A DNA stretch of 64,000 nucleotides from the human T2T-CHM13v2.0 reference genome, Homo sapiens. The position numbers and the translations under genes were made by a program. Positions 14,301-27,420 of the stretch are shown in pieces. The stretch lies in the NCBI RefSeq assembly GCF_009914755.1, contig NC_060933.1, one strand, 5' to 3'. Numbering within the stretch: position 1 is the first letter of the stretch; every line of letters begins with the position of its first letter. A model generated the notes under the pieces. The model saw nothing but the letters and a program-made list of their open reading frames with translations. It had not been told where the DNA came from and made no database searches.

Positions 14301-16600
14301 CCATTCCGGATGATTCCATTCCATTGCATTCCATTCAATTCCATTCCCCTGCACTCGTGTTGATTCCATTCCCTTCCATTCCATTCCATTCCGTTCCATT
14401 CCATTCCATTCCATTCTATTCCGGTTAATTCCATTCCATTCCATTCCATTCCATTCCATTCCATTGCAATCGAGTTGATTCCATTCCATTCCTTTCCATT
14501 CCATTCCATTGCCTTGCATTCCACTCGGGTTGATTCCATTCCCTTCTTTCCACTCCATTACATTCCCTTCCATTCCACTCGGAATGATTGATTCCATTCC
14601 ATTCCATTCCATTTCATTCCATTGCAATCCATTCCAATCCATTCCATTCCATTCCATTCCACTCGAGTTGACTTCATTCCATTCCTTTCCATTCCATTCC
14701 ATTCCTTTCCACTCGAGTTGATTCCATTCCATTCCATTCCATTGCATTCCATTCCATGCCATTCCACTCGGGTTGATTTCATTCCTTTGCATTCCATTCC
14801 ATTCCATTCTATTCCATTCCATTCCGTTGCATTCCATTCCATTACATTCGGATTGATTCTATTCAACTCCCTTACTGTCCATTACATTCCATTCCATTGA
14901 GGTTGTTCCATTCCATTCCATTCCATTCCACTCCATTCCATTGCACTCGGGTTGATTCCATTCCATTCCATTCCATTCCATTCCATTCCGAATGATTCCA
15001 TTCCATTGCATTCCGTTCCATTACATTCCCCTACACTCGCGTTGATTCCATTCCATTCCATTCCATTCCATTCAATTCCATTCTATTACAATTCGTTCCA
15101 TTCCATTCTATTCCGTACTATTCCATTCCATTCCATACCATTCCATTCCATTCCATTCCATTCCATTCCATTCCATTCTATACCATTCCATTGCAATCGA
15201 GTTGAATCCATTGCATTTCATTCCATTCCATTCCATTCCATTGCATTCCGGAAGATTCCATTCCATTGCATTCCATTCCTTTCCATTCCCCTGCACTCGC
15301 GTTGATTCCATTCCATTCCATTCCATTCCATTCCATTCCATTCCGTTCCATTCCATTCCATTCCATTCCATTCCATTCCATTCCTTTCCATTCCATTACG
15401 GATGATTCCATTCCATTGCATTCCATTCCATTCCATTCCCCTGTACTCGGGTTGACTCCATTCCATTGCATTCCAATCCATGCCCTTCCACTCGTGTTCA
15501 TTCCATTCTTTCCATTCCATTCAAGTTGAATCCATTCCATTGTATTCCATTCCATTCGATTCCATTCGATTGCACTCGGGTTGATTCCATTCCATTGCAT
15601 TCCATTCCATTCCATTCCATTCCATTCCATTCCATTCCGTTCCATTCCATTCCATTACATTCGGATTGATTCTATTCAATTCCCTTACATTCCATTACAT
15701 TCCATTCCATTCGGGTAGTTTCCATTCCATTCCATTCCATTCCTCTCCATTCCATTTCACTCGGGTTGATTCCATTCCATTGCATTCCATTCCATTCCAT
15801 TCAATTCCATTCCGTTCCATTCCATTCCATTACATTCGGATTGACTCTATTCAACTCCCTTACTCTCCATTACATTCCATTGCATTCGGGTTGTTCCATT
15901 CCATTCCATTCCATTCCACTCCATTCCATTGCACTCGGGTTTATTCCATTCCATTCCATTCCATTCCATTCCATTCCATTCCATTCCATTCCATTCCGGA
16001 AGATTCCATTCCATTGCATTCCATTCCATTCCATTCCATTCCATTCCATTCCATTCCATTCCATTCCTTTCCGTTCCATTCCATTCCATTCCATTCCATT
16101 CCATTCCGTTCCGTTCCGTTCCGTTCCGTTCCGTTCCATTCCATTCCATTGCATTCTATTCGGGTTAACTCCATTCCATTCCATTCGATTGCAATCGAGT
16201 TGATTCCATTCCATTACATTCCATTCCATTCCATTCCATTCCTTTCCATTCCATTACGGATGATTCCATTCCATTGCATTCCATTCCATTCCATTCCCCT
16301 GTACTCGGGTTGATTCCATTCCATTCCATTCCAATCCATGCCATTCCACTCGTGTTGATTCCATTCTTTCCATTCCATTCAAGTTGAATCCATTCCATTG
16401 CATTCCATTCCATTCCATTCCCCTGCAGTCGGGTTGATCCCATTCCATTCCATTCCATTCCACTCCATTCCATTCCATTCCATTCCATTATATTTTATTC
16501 GGGTTAATTCCATTCCATTCCATTCCATTCCATTCCATTCCAGTACAATCGAGTTGATTCCACTCCATTCCATTCCATTCCAGTCCTTTCCATTCCAATC

Positions 16601-17740
16601 CACTCGGGTTGATTCCATTCTATTAGTTTCCATTCCATTCCATTCCCTTCCATTCCACTCTGGTTGATTCCATTCCTTTCCATTCCACTCGAATAGATTC
16701 CCTCCTATTCCACTCGGAACGATTCCATTCCATTCCATTCCATTCCATTCCATTCCATTCCATTCCATTTCGTACCATTCCATTCTATTCCGTATCATTC
16801 CATTCCATTCCATTCCATTCCATTCCATTCCATTCCATTCCATTCCATTGTACTCGGGTTGATTCCATTCTATTGCATTCCATTCCATTCCTTTCCATTC
16901 CATTCCATTCCATTCCGTTGCATTCCATTCCATTACATTCGGATTGATTCTATTCAACTCCCTTACTCTCCATTACATTCCATTCCATTCGGGTTGTTCC
17001 ATTCCATTCCATTCCATTCCACTCCATTCCATTGCACTCGGGTTGATTCCATTCCATTCCATTCCATTCCATTCCATTCCGGATGATTCCATTCCATTGC
17101 ATTCCGTTCCATTACATTCCCCTGCACTCGCGTTGATTCCATTCCATTCCATTCCATTCCATTCAATTCCATTCCATTTCAATTCGTTCCATTCCATTCT
17201 ATTCCGTACCATTCCATACCATTCCATACCATTCCATTCCATTCCATTCCGTTCCATATCGTTCCATTCCATTCCATTCCATTCTATTCGGATTAACTCC
17301 ATTCCATTCCATTCCATTCCATTCTATTCAATTCCATTGCAATCGAGTTGAATCCATTGCATTTCATTCCATTCCATTCCATTCCATTCCATTCCATTCC
17401 GGAAGTTTCCATTCCATTGCATTCCATTCCATTCCATTCCATTCCGTTCCGTTCCATTCCATTCCTTTCCATTCCGTTCCGTTCCATTGTATTCCATTGC
17501 ATTCTATTGTGGTTAATTCCATTCCATTCCATTCGATTGCAATCGAGTTGATTCCATTCCATTCCATTCCATTCCATTCCATTCCATTCCTTTCCATTCC
17601 ATTACGGATGATTCCATTCCATTGCATTCCATTCCATTCCATTCCCCTGTACTCGGGTTGATTCCATTCCATTCCATTCGAATCCATGCCATTCCACTCG
17701 TGTTGATTCCATTCTTTCCATTCCATTCAAGTTGAATCCA
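16601..17740 (+). repeat. Dispersed copy of block at approx. 1-1140 (offset approx. 16.6 kb)
   Basis: It shares rare variants with the window start: GAATAGATTCCCTCC (91 and 16691; most other copies read GAATACATT), TTTCGTACC (168 and 16768) and GGAAGTTTCC (811 and 17401). Confidence 0.85.
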
Positions 17741-18199
17741 TTCCATTGCATTCCATTCATTCGATTCCATTCGATTGCACTCGGGTTGATTCCATTCCAT
17801 TGCATTCCATTCCATTCCATTCCATTCCATTCCATTCCGTTCCATTCCATTCCATTACATTCGGATTGATTCTATTCAATTCCCTTACACTCCATTACAT
17901 TCCATTCCATTCAGGTAGTTTCCATTCCATTCCATTCCATTCCTCTCCATTCCATTGCACTCGGGTTGATTCCATTCCATTGCATTCCATTCCATTCCAT
18001 TAAATTCCATTCCGTTCCATTGCATTCCATTACATTCGGATTGATTCTATTCAACTCCCTTACTCTCCATTCCATTCCATTCCATTCGGGTTGTTCCATT
18101 CCATTCCATTCCATTCCACTCCATTCCATTGCACTCGGGTTTATTCCATTCCATTCCATTCCATTCCATTCCATTCCATTCCATTGCATTCCGGAAGAT

Positions 18200-21100
18200 T
18201 CCATTCCATTGCATTCCATTCCATTCGATTCCCCTGCACTCGCGTTGATTCCATTCCATTCCATTCCATTCCATTCCATTCCATTCCATTCCTTTCCGTT
18301 CCATTCCATTCCATTCCATTCCATTCCATTCCAATCCGTTCCATTCCGTTCCGTTCCGTTCCATTCCATTCCATTCCATTCTTTTCGGGTTAATTCCATT
18401 CCATTCCATTCGATTGCAATCGAGTTGATTCCATTCCATTCCATTCCATTCCATTCCATTCCATTCCTTTCCTTTCCATTCCATTACGGATGATTCCATT
18501 CCATTGCATTCCATTCCATTCCATTCCCCTGTACTCGGGTTGATTCCATTCCATTCCATTCCAATCCATGCCATTCCACTCGTGTTGTTTCCATTCTTTC
18601 CATTCCATTCAAGTTGAATCCATTCCATTGCATTCCATTCCATTCGATTCCATTCGATTGCACTCGGGTTGATTCCATTCCATTGCATTCCATTCCATTC
18701 CATTTCATTCCATTCCATTCCTTTCCATTCCATTCCATTCCATTCCATTCCATTGCAATCGAGTTGATTCCATTCCATTCCTTTCCATTCCATTCCATTG
18801 CCTTGCATTCCAGTCGGGTTGATTCCATTCCCTTCTTTCCACTCCATTACATTCCCTTCCATTCCACTCGGAATGATTGATTCCATTCCATTCCATTCCT
18901 TTTCATTCCATTGCAATCCATTACAATCCATTCCATTCCATTCCATACCACTCGAGTTGATTTCGTTCCATTCCTTTCCATTCCATTCCATTCCTTTCCA
19001 CTCGAGTTGATTCCATTGCATTCCATTCCATTGCATTCCGTTCCATGCCATTCCACTCGGGTTGATTCCATTCCATTCCATTCCATTCCATTCGATTGCA
19101 TTCCATTCCATTCCTTTCCCCTGCACTCGGGTTGATTCCATTCCATTCCATTAAATTTAATTCCATTCCATTCCATTCCATTCCATTCCAATCCGTTCCA
19201 TTCCATTCCATTCTATTCCATTGCAATCGACTTGATTCCATTCCATTCCATTCCATTCCATTCTATTCCATTCCATTCCATTCCATTCCATTTTTTTCCA
19301 ATCCATTCTATTCCGAATCATTCCATTCCATTCCATTCCATTCCATTCCATTCCATTCCATTCCAGCCATTCCACTCGGGTTGATTCCATTCCTTTCCAT
19401 TCCATTCGGGTTGAATCCATTCCACTCCATTCCATTCCATTCGAATCCATTCCATTGCACTCGGGTTGATTCCATTCCATTCCATTCCATTCGATTCCAT
19501 TCCATTCCATTCCATTCCGTTCCATTCCATTGCATTACATTCACATAGATTCTATTCAATTCCCTTACACTCCATTATATTCCAATCCATTCTGGTTGTT
19601 TCCATTCCATTCCATTCCATTTCACTCCATTCCATTGCACTCGGTTTGATTCCATTCCATTCCATTCCATTCCATTCCGGATGATTCCATTCCATTGCAT
19701 TCCATTCCATTCCATTCCCCTGCACTCAGGTTGATTCCATTCCATTCCATTCCACTCCATTCGGTTCCGTTCCATTCCATTCTATTGCATTCCATTCTAT
19801 TCGGGTTAATTCCATTCCATTCTATTCCATTCCATTCCATTCCATTCCATTGCAATGGAGTTGATTCCATTCCATTCCATTCCATTCCGGATGATTCCAT
19901 TCCATTGCATTCCATTCCATTCCATTCCCCTGCACTCGTGTTGATTCCATTACCTTCCATTCCATTCCATTCCGTTCCATTCCATTGCCTTTCATTCTCT
20001 TCCGGTTAATTCCATTCCATTCCATTCCATTCCATTCCATTGCAATCGAGTTGATTGCATTCCCTTCCTTTCCGTTCCATTCCATTGCCTTGCATTCCAA
20101 TCAGATTGATTCCATTCCCTTCTTTCCACTCCATTACATTCCCTTCCATTAAACTCGGAATTATTGATTCCATTCCATTCCATTCCATTTCATTCCGTTG
20201 CAATCCATTCCAATCTATTCCATTCCATTCCATTCCACTCGAGTTGATTTCATTCCATTCCTTTCCATTCCATTCCATTCCTTTCCACTCGAGTTGATTC
20301 CATTCCATTCCATTCCATTGCATTCCATTCCATGCCATTCCACTCGGGTTGATTCCATTCCTTTGCATTCCATTCCATTCCATTCCATTCCATTCCATTC
20401 CATTCCATTCTGTTGCATTCCATTCCTTTACATTCGGATTGATTCTATTCAACTCCCTTACTCTCCATTACATTACATTCCATTCGGGTTGTTCCATTCC
20501 ATTCCATTCCATTCCACTCCATTCCATTGCACTCGGGTTGATTCCATTCCATTCCATTCCATTCCATTCCATTTCATTCCATTCCATTCCATTCCGGATG
20601 ATTCCATTCCATTGCATTCCGTTCCATTACATTCCCCTGCACTCGCGTTGATTCCATTCCATTCCATTCCATTCCATTCAATTCCATTCCATTACAATTC
20701 GTTTCATTCCATTCTATTCCGTACCATTCCATTCCATTCCATACCATTCCATTCCATTCCATTCCATTCCATTCCATTCCATTCCGTTCCATTCCGTTCC
20801 ATTCCATTCCATTCGATTCTATTCGGGTTAATTCCATTCCATTCCATTCAATTCCATTCCATTCCATTACATTCCATTCCGTTCCGTTCCGTTCCGTTCC
20901 ATTCCATTCCATTCCATTCCATTCCGTTCCGTTCCGTTCCATTCCATTCCATTGCATTCTATTCGGGTTAATTCCATTCCATTCCATTCGATTGCAATCG
21001 TGTTGATTCCATTCCATTCCATTCCATTCCATTCCATTCCATTCCATTCCTTTCCATTCCATTACGGATGATTCCATTCAATTGCATTCCATTCCATTCC

Positions 21101-22100
21101 ATTCCCCTGTACTCGGGATGATTCCATTCCATTCCATTCCAATCCATGCCTTTCCACTCGTGTTGATTCCATTCTTTCCATTCCATTCAAGTTGAATCCA
21201 TTCCATTGCATTCCATTCCATTCGATTCCATTCGATTGCACTCGGGTTGATTCCATTCCGTTGCATTCCATTCCATTCCATTCCATTCCATTCCATTCCA
21301 TTCCATTACATTCGGATTTATTCTATTCAATTCCCTTACACTCCATTACATTCCATTCCATTCGGGTAGTTTCCATTCCATTCCATTCCATTCCTCTCCA
21401 TTCCATTGCACTCGGGTTGATTCCATTCCATTGCATCCCATTCCATTCCATTCAATTCCATTCCGTTCCATTCCATTCCATTACCTTCGGATTGATTCTA
21501 TTCAACTCCCTTAGTCTCCATTACATTCCATTCCATTCGGGTTGTTCCATTCCATTCCATTCCATTCCACTCCATTCCATTGCACTCGGGTTTATTCCAT
21601 TCCATTCCATTCCATTCCATTCAATTCCATTCCATTCCGGAAGACTCCATTCCATTGCATTCCATTCCATTCCATTCCCCTGCACTCGCGTTGATTCCAT
21701 TCCATTCCATTCCATTCCATTCCATTCCATTCCTTTCCGTTCCGTTCCATTCCATTCCATTCCATTCCATTCCATTCCATTCCGTTCCGTTCCATTCCAT
21801 TCCATTCCATTACATTCCGTTCCGTTCCGATCCATTCCATTCCATTCCATTCCATTCTATTCGGGTTAATTCCATTCCATTCCATTCGATTGCAATCGAG
21901 TTTATTCCATTCCATTCCATTCCATTCCATTCCATTCCATTCCATTCCATTCCTTTCCATTCCATTACGGATGATTCCATTCCATTGCATTCCATTCCAT
22001 TCCATTCCCCTGTACTCGGGTTGATTCCATTCCATTCCATTCCAATCCATGCCATTCCACTCGTGTTGATTCCATTCTTTCCATTCCATTCAAGTTGAAT
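18200..22100 (+). repeat. Dispersed copy of block at approx. 2300-6150 (offset approx. 15.9 kb)
   Basis: It has collinear private markers: T7 run CCATTTTTTTCC (3441/19290), CCAGCCATT, TTACCTTCC (4081/19950), CGGATTTATT (5404/21313), TTGCATCCC (5522/21431) and GGAAGACTCC (5730/21639). Confidence 0.85.
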
Positions 22101-25100
22101 CCATTCCATTGCATTCCATTCCATTCCATTCCCCTGCAGTCGGGTTGATTCCATTCCATTCCATTCCATTCCATTCCATTCCATTCCATTCCATTCCAAT
22201 CATGTTGATTCCATTCCATTCCATTCCATTCCATTCCATTCCATTCCACTCCATTCCAGTCCTTTCCATTCCATTCCACTCGGGTTGATTCCAATGTATT
22301 CCTTTCCATTCCATTCCATTCCATTGCAATCGAGTTGATTCCATTGCTTTGCATTCCATTCCATTCCATTCCATTCCGGATGATTCCATTCCATTGCATT
22401 GCATTCCATTCCATTCCCCTGCACTCGGGTTGATTCCATTCCATTCCACTCCATTCCATTCCATTCCATTCCATTCCATTCCATTGTATTCGGGTTAATT
22501 CCATTCCATTCCATTCCATTCCATTCCATTCCATTCCATTCCATTACAATCGAGTTGATTCCATTCCATTCCATTCCATTCCAGTCCTTTCCATTCCATT
22601 CCTCTCGGGTTGATTCCATTCTATTAGTTTCCATTCCATTCCATTCCCTTCCATTCCACTCTGGTTGATTCCATTCCTTTCCATTCCACTCGAATACATT
22701 CACTCCTATTCCACTCGGAACGATTCCATTCCATTCCATTCCATTCCATTCCATTCCATTCCATTCCATTCCATTGTACTCGGGTTTATTCCATTCCATT
22801 GCATTCCATTCCATTCCATTCCATTCCATTCCGTTGCATTCGATTCCATTACATTCGGATTGATTCTATTCAACTCCCTTACTCTCCATTACATTCCATT
22901 CCATTCGGGTTGTTCCATTCCATTCCATTCCATTCCACTCCATTCCATTGCACTCGGGTTGATTCCATTCCATTCCATTCCATTCCATTCCATTCCATTC
23001 CATTCCATTCCGGATGATTCCATTCCATTGCATTCCGTTCCATTACATTCCCCTGCACTCGCGTTGATTCCATTCCATTCCATTCCATTCCATTCAATTC
23101 CATTCCATTACAATTCGTTACATTCCATTGTATTCCGTACCATTCCATTCCATTCCATACCATTCCATTCCACTCCATTCCATTCCATTCCATTCCGTTC
23201 CATTACGTTCCATTCCTTTCCATTCCATTCTATTCGAATTAATTCCATTCCATTCCATTCCATTCCATTCTATTCCATTCCATTGCAATCGAGTTGAATC
23301 CATTGCATTTCATTCCATTCCATACCATTCCATTCCATTCCATTCCGGAAGATTCCATTCCATTTCATTCCATTCCATTCCATTCCCCTGCACTCGCGTT
23401 GATTCCATTCCATTCCATTCCATTCCAATCCATTCCATTCCGTTCCGTTCCATTCCATTCCATTCCATTCTATTCGGGTTAATTCCATTCCATTCCATTC
23501 GATTGCAATCGAGTTGATTCCATTCCATTCCTTTCCATTCCATTCCATTCCATTCCATTCCATTCCATTCCTTTCCATTCCATTACGGATGATTCCATTC
23601 CATTGCATTCCATTCCATTCCATTCCCCTGTACTCGGGTTGATTGCATTCCATTCCATTCCAATCCATGCCATTCCGCTCGTGTTGATTCCATTCTTTCC
23701 ATTCCATTCAAGTTGAATCCATTCCATTGCATTCCATTCCATTCGATTCCATTCGATTGCACTCGGGTTGATTCCATTCCATTGCATTCCATTCCATTCC
23801 ATTTCATTCCATTCCATTCCTTTCCATTCCATTCCATTCCATTCCATTCCATTCCATTGCAATCGAGTTGATTCCATTCCATTCCTTTCCATTCCATTCC
23901 ATTGCCTTGCATTCCAGTCGGGTTGATTCCATTCCCTTCTTTCCACTCCATTACATTCCCTTCCATTCCACTCGGAATGATTGATTCCATTCCATTCCAT
24001 TCCATTTCATTCCATTGCAATCCATTCCAATCCATTCCATTCCATTCCATTCCACTCGAGTTGATTTCATTCCATTCCTTTCCATTCCATTCCATTCCTT
24101 TCCACTCGAGTTGATTCCATTACATTCCATTCCATTGCATTCCGTTCCATGCCATTCCACTCGGGTTGATTCCATTCCATTCCATTCCATTCCATTCCAT
24201 TGCATTCCATTCCATTCCTTTCCCCTGCACTCGTGTTGATTCCATTCCATTCCATTCCATTTAATTCTATTCCATTCCATTCCATTCCATTCCAATCCGT
24301 TCCATTCCATTCCATTCTATTCCATTGCAATCGACTTGATTCCATTCCATTCCATTCCATTCCATTCTATTCCATTCCATTCCATTCCATTCCATTTTTT
24401 TCCAATCCATTCTATTCCGAACCATTCCATTCCATTCCATTCCATTCCATTCCATTCCATTCCAGCCATTCCACTCGGGTTGATTCCATTCCTTTCCATT
24501 CCATTCGGGTTGAATCCATTCCACTCCATTCCATTCCATTCGAATCCATTCCATTGCACTCGGGTTGATTCCATTCCATTCCATTCCATTCGATTCCATT
24601 CCATTCCATTCCATTCCGTTCCATTCCATTGCATTACATTCACATTGATTCTATTGAATTCCCTTACACTCCATTATATTCCAATCCATTCTGGTTGTTT
24701 CCATTCCATTCCATTCCATTTCACTCCATTCCATTGCACTCGGTTTGATTCCATTCCATTCCATTCCATTCCATTCCGGATGATTCCATTCCATTGCATT
24801 CCATTCCATTCCATTCCCCTGCACTCAGGTTGATTCCATTCCATTCCATTCCACTCCATTCGGTTCCGTTCCATTCCATTCTATTGCATTCCATTCTATT
24901 CGGGTTAATTCCATTCCATTCTATTCCATTCCATTCCATTCCATTCCATTGCAATGGAGTTGATTCCATTCCATTCCATTCCATTCCGGATGATTCCATT
25001 CCATTGCATTCCATTCCATTCCATTCCCCTGCACTCGTGTTGATTCCATTACCTTCCATTCCATTCCATTCCGTTCCATTCCATTGCATTCCATTCTATT

Positions 25101-25880
25101 CCGGTTAATTCCATTCCATTCCATTCCATTCCATTCCATTGCAATCGAGTTGATTGCATTCCATTCCTTTCCATTCCATTCCATTGCCTTGCATTCCAAT
25201 CGGATTGATTTCATTCCCTTCTTTCCACTCCATTACATTCCCTTCCATTCCACTCGGAATGATTGATTCCATTCCATTCCATTCCATTTCATTCCGTTGC
25301 AATCCATTCCAATCTATTCCATTCCATTCCATTCCAGTCGAGTTGATTTCATTCCATTCCTTTCCATTCCATTCCATTCCTTTCCACTCGAGTTGATTCC
25401 ATTCCATTCCATTCCATTGCATTCCATTCCATGCCATTCCACTCGGGTTGATTCCATTCCTTTGCATTCCATTCCATTCCATTCCATTCCATTCCATTCC
25501 ATTCCATTCCATTCCGTTGCATTCCATTCCATTACATTCGGATTGATTCTATTCAACTCCCTTACTCTCCATTACATTCCATTCCATTCGGGTTGTTCCA
25601 TTCCATTCCATTCCATTCCACTCCATTCCATTGCACTCGGGTTGATTCCATTCCATTCCATTCCATTCCATTCCATTCCGGATGATTCCATTCCATTGCA
25701 TTCCGTTCCATTACATTCCCCTGCACTCGCGTTGATTCCATTCCATTCCATTCCATTCCATTCAATTCCATTCCATTACAATTTGTTCCATTCCATTCTA
25801 TTCCGTACCATTCCATTCCATTCCATACCATTCCATTCCATTCCATTCCATTCCATTCCATTCCATTCCGTTCCATTCCG
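21900..25880 (+). repeat. Dispersed copy of block at approx. 950-4900 (offset approx. 20.96 kb)
   Basis: ORF translations are identical at 2944/23902 and 3826/24794. Markers CCAATGTATT (1333/22291), CCTCTCGGG (1648/22601) and the T7 run (3441/24394) are collinear. Confidence 0.88.
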
Positions 25881-27420
25881 TTCCATTCCATTCCATTCCA
25901 TTCTATTCGGGTTAATTCCTTTCCATTCCATTCCATTCCATTCCATTCCATTCCATTCTATTCCATTCTATTGCAATCGAGTTGAATCCATTGCATTTCA
26001 TTCAATTCCATTCCATTCCATTCCGGAAGATTCCATTCCATTGCATTCCATTCCATTCCATTCCCCTGCACTCGCGTTGATTCCATTCCATTCCATTCCA
26101 TTCCATTCCATTCCGTTCCGTTCCATTCCATTCCATTCCATTCTATTCGGGTTAATTCCATTCCATTCCATTCGATTGCAATCGAGTTGATTCCATTCCA
26201 TTCCATTCCATTCCATTCCGTTCCATTCCACTCCTTTCCATTCCATTACGGATGATTCCATTCCATTGCATTCCATTCCATTCCATTCCCCTGTACTCGG
26301 GTTGATTCCATTCCATTCCCTTCCAATCCATGCCATTCCACTCGTGTTGATTCCATTTTTCCATTCCATTCAAGTTGAATCCATTCCATTGCATTCCATT
26401 CCATTCGATTCCATTCGATTGCACTCGGGTTGATTCCATTCCATTGCATTCCATTCCATTCCATTCCATTCCATTGCATTCCATTCCATTCCATTCCGGA
26501 TGATTCCATTCCATTGCATTCCATTCCATTCCATTCCCCTGCACTCGGGTTGATTCCATTCCATTCCATTCCATTACATTCCGTTCCATTCCATTCCATT
26601 CCATTCGGATTGATTCTATTCAATTCCCTTACAGTGCAATGCATTCCATTCCATTCGGGTAGTTTCCATTCCATTCCATTCCATTCCTCTCCATTCCATT
26701 GCACTCGGGTTGATTCCATTCCATTCCATTCCATTCCATTCCATTACATTACATTACATTTCGTTCCATTGTACTCGGGTTGATTCCATTCCATTGCATT
26801 CCATTCCATTCCATTCCATTAAATCCCATTCCATTCCATTCCATTCCGTTCCATTCCATTACATTCGGATTGATTCTATTCAACTCCCTAACTCTCCATT
26901 ACATTCCATTCCATTCGGGTTGTACCATTCCATTCCATTCCACTCCATTCCATTGCACTCGGGTTGATTCCATTCCATTCCATTCCATTCAATTCCATTG
27001 CATTCCGTTCCATTACATTCCCCTGCACTCGGGTTGATTCCATTCCATTCCATTCCATTCCATTCGATTCCATTCCATTCCAATTCTTTCCATTCCATTC
27101 TATTCCGTACCATTCCATTCCATTCCATACAATTCCATTCCATTCCACTCCGTTCCGTTCCGTTCCGTTACGTTACGTTCCATTCCATTCCATTCCATTC
27201 TATTCGGTTTAATTCCATTCCATTCCATTCCATTCCATTCTATTCCATTCCATTGCAATCGAGTTGAATCCATTGCATTCCATTCCATTCCATTCCATTC
27301 CATTCCGGAAGATTCCATTCCATTGCATTCCATTCCATTCCATTCCATTCCATTCCATTCCATTCCATTCCATTCCATTCCATTGTACTCGGGTTGATTC
27401 CACTCCATTGCATTCCATTC
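25690..27420 (+). repeat. Dispersed copy of block at approx. 7900-9790, lacking an approx. 155-bp internal segment
   Basis: Shared markers are GGGTTAATTCCTTTCC (8125/25909), TTAAATCCC (9191/26819), CCCTAACTCTCC (9258/26886), GGTTGTACC and CGTTACGTTCC. The segment at approx. 8700-8855 has no counterpart near 26480. Confidence 0.85.
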
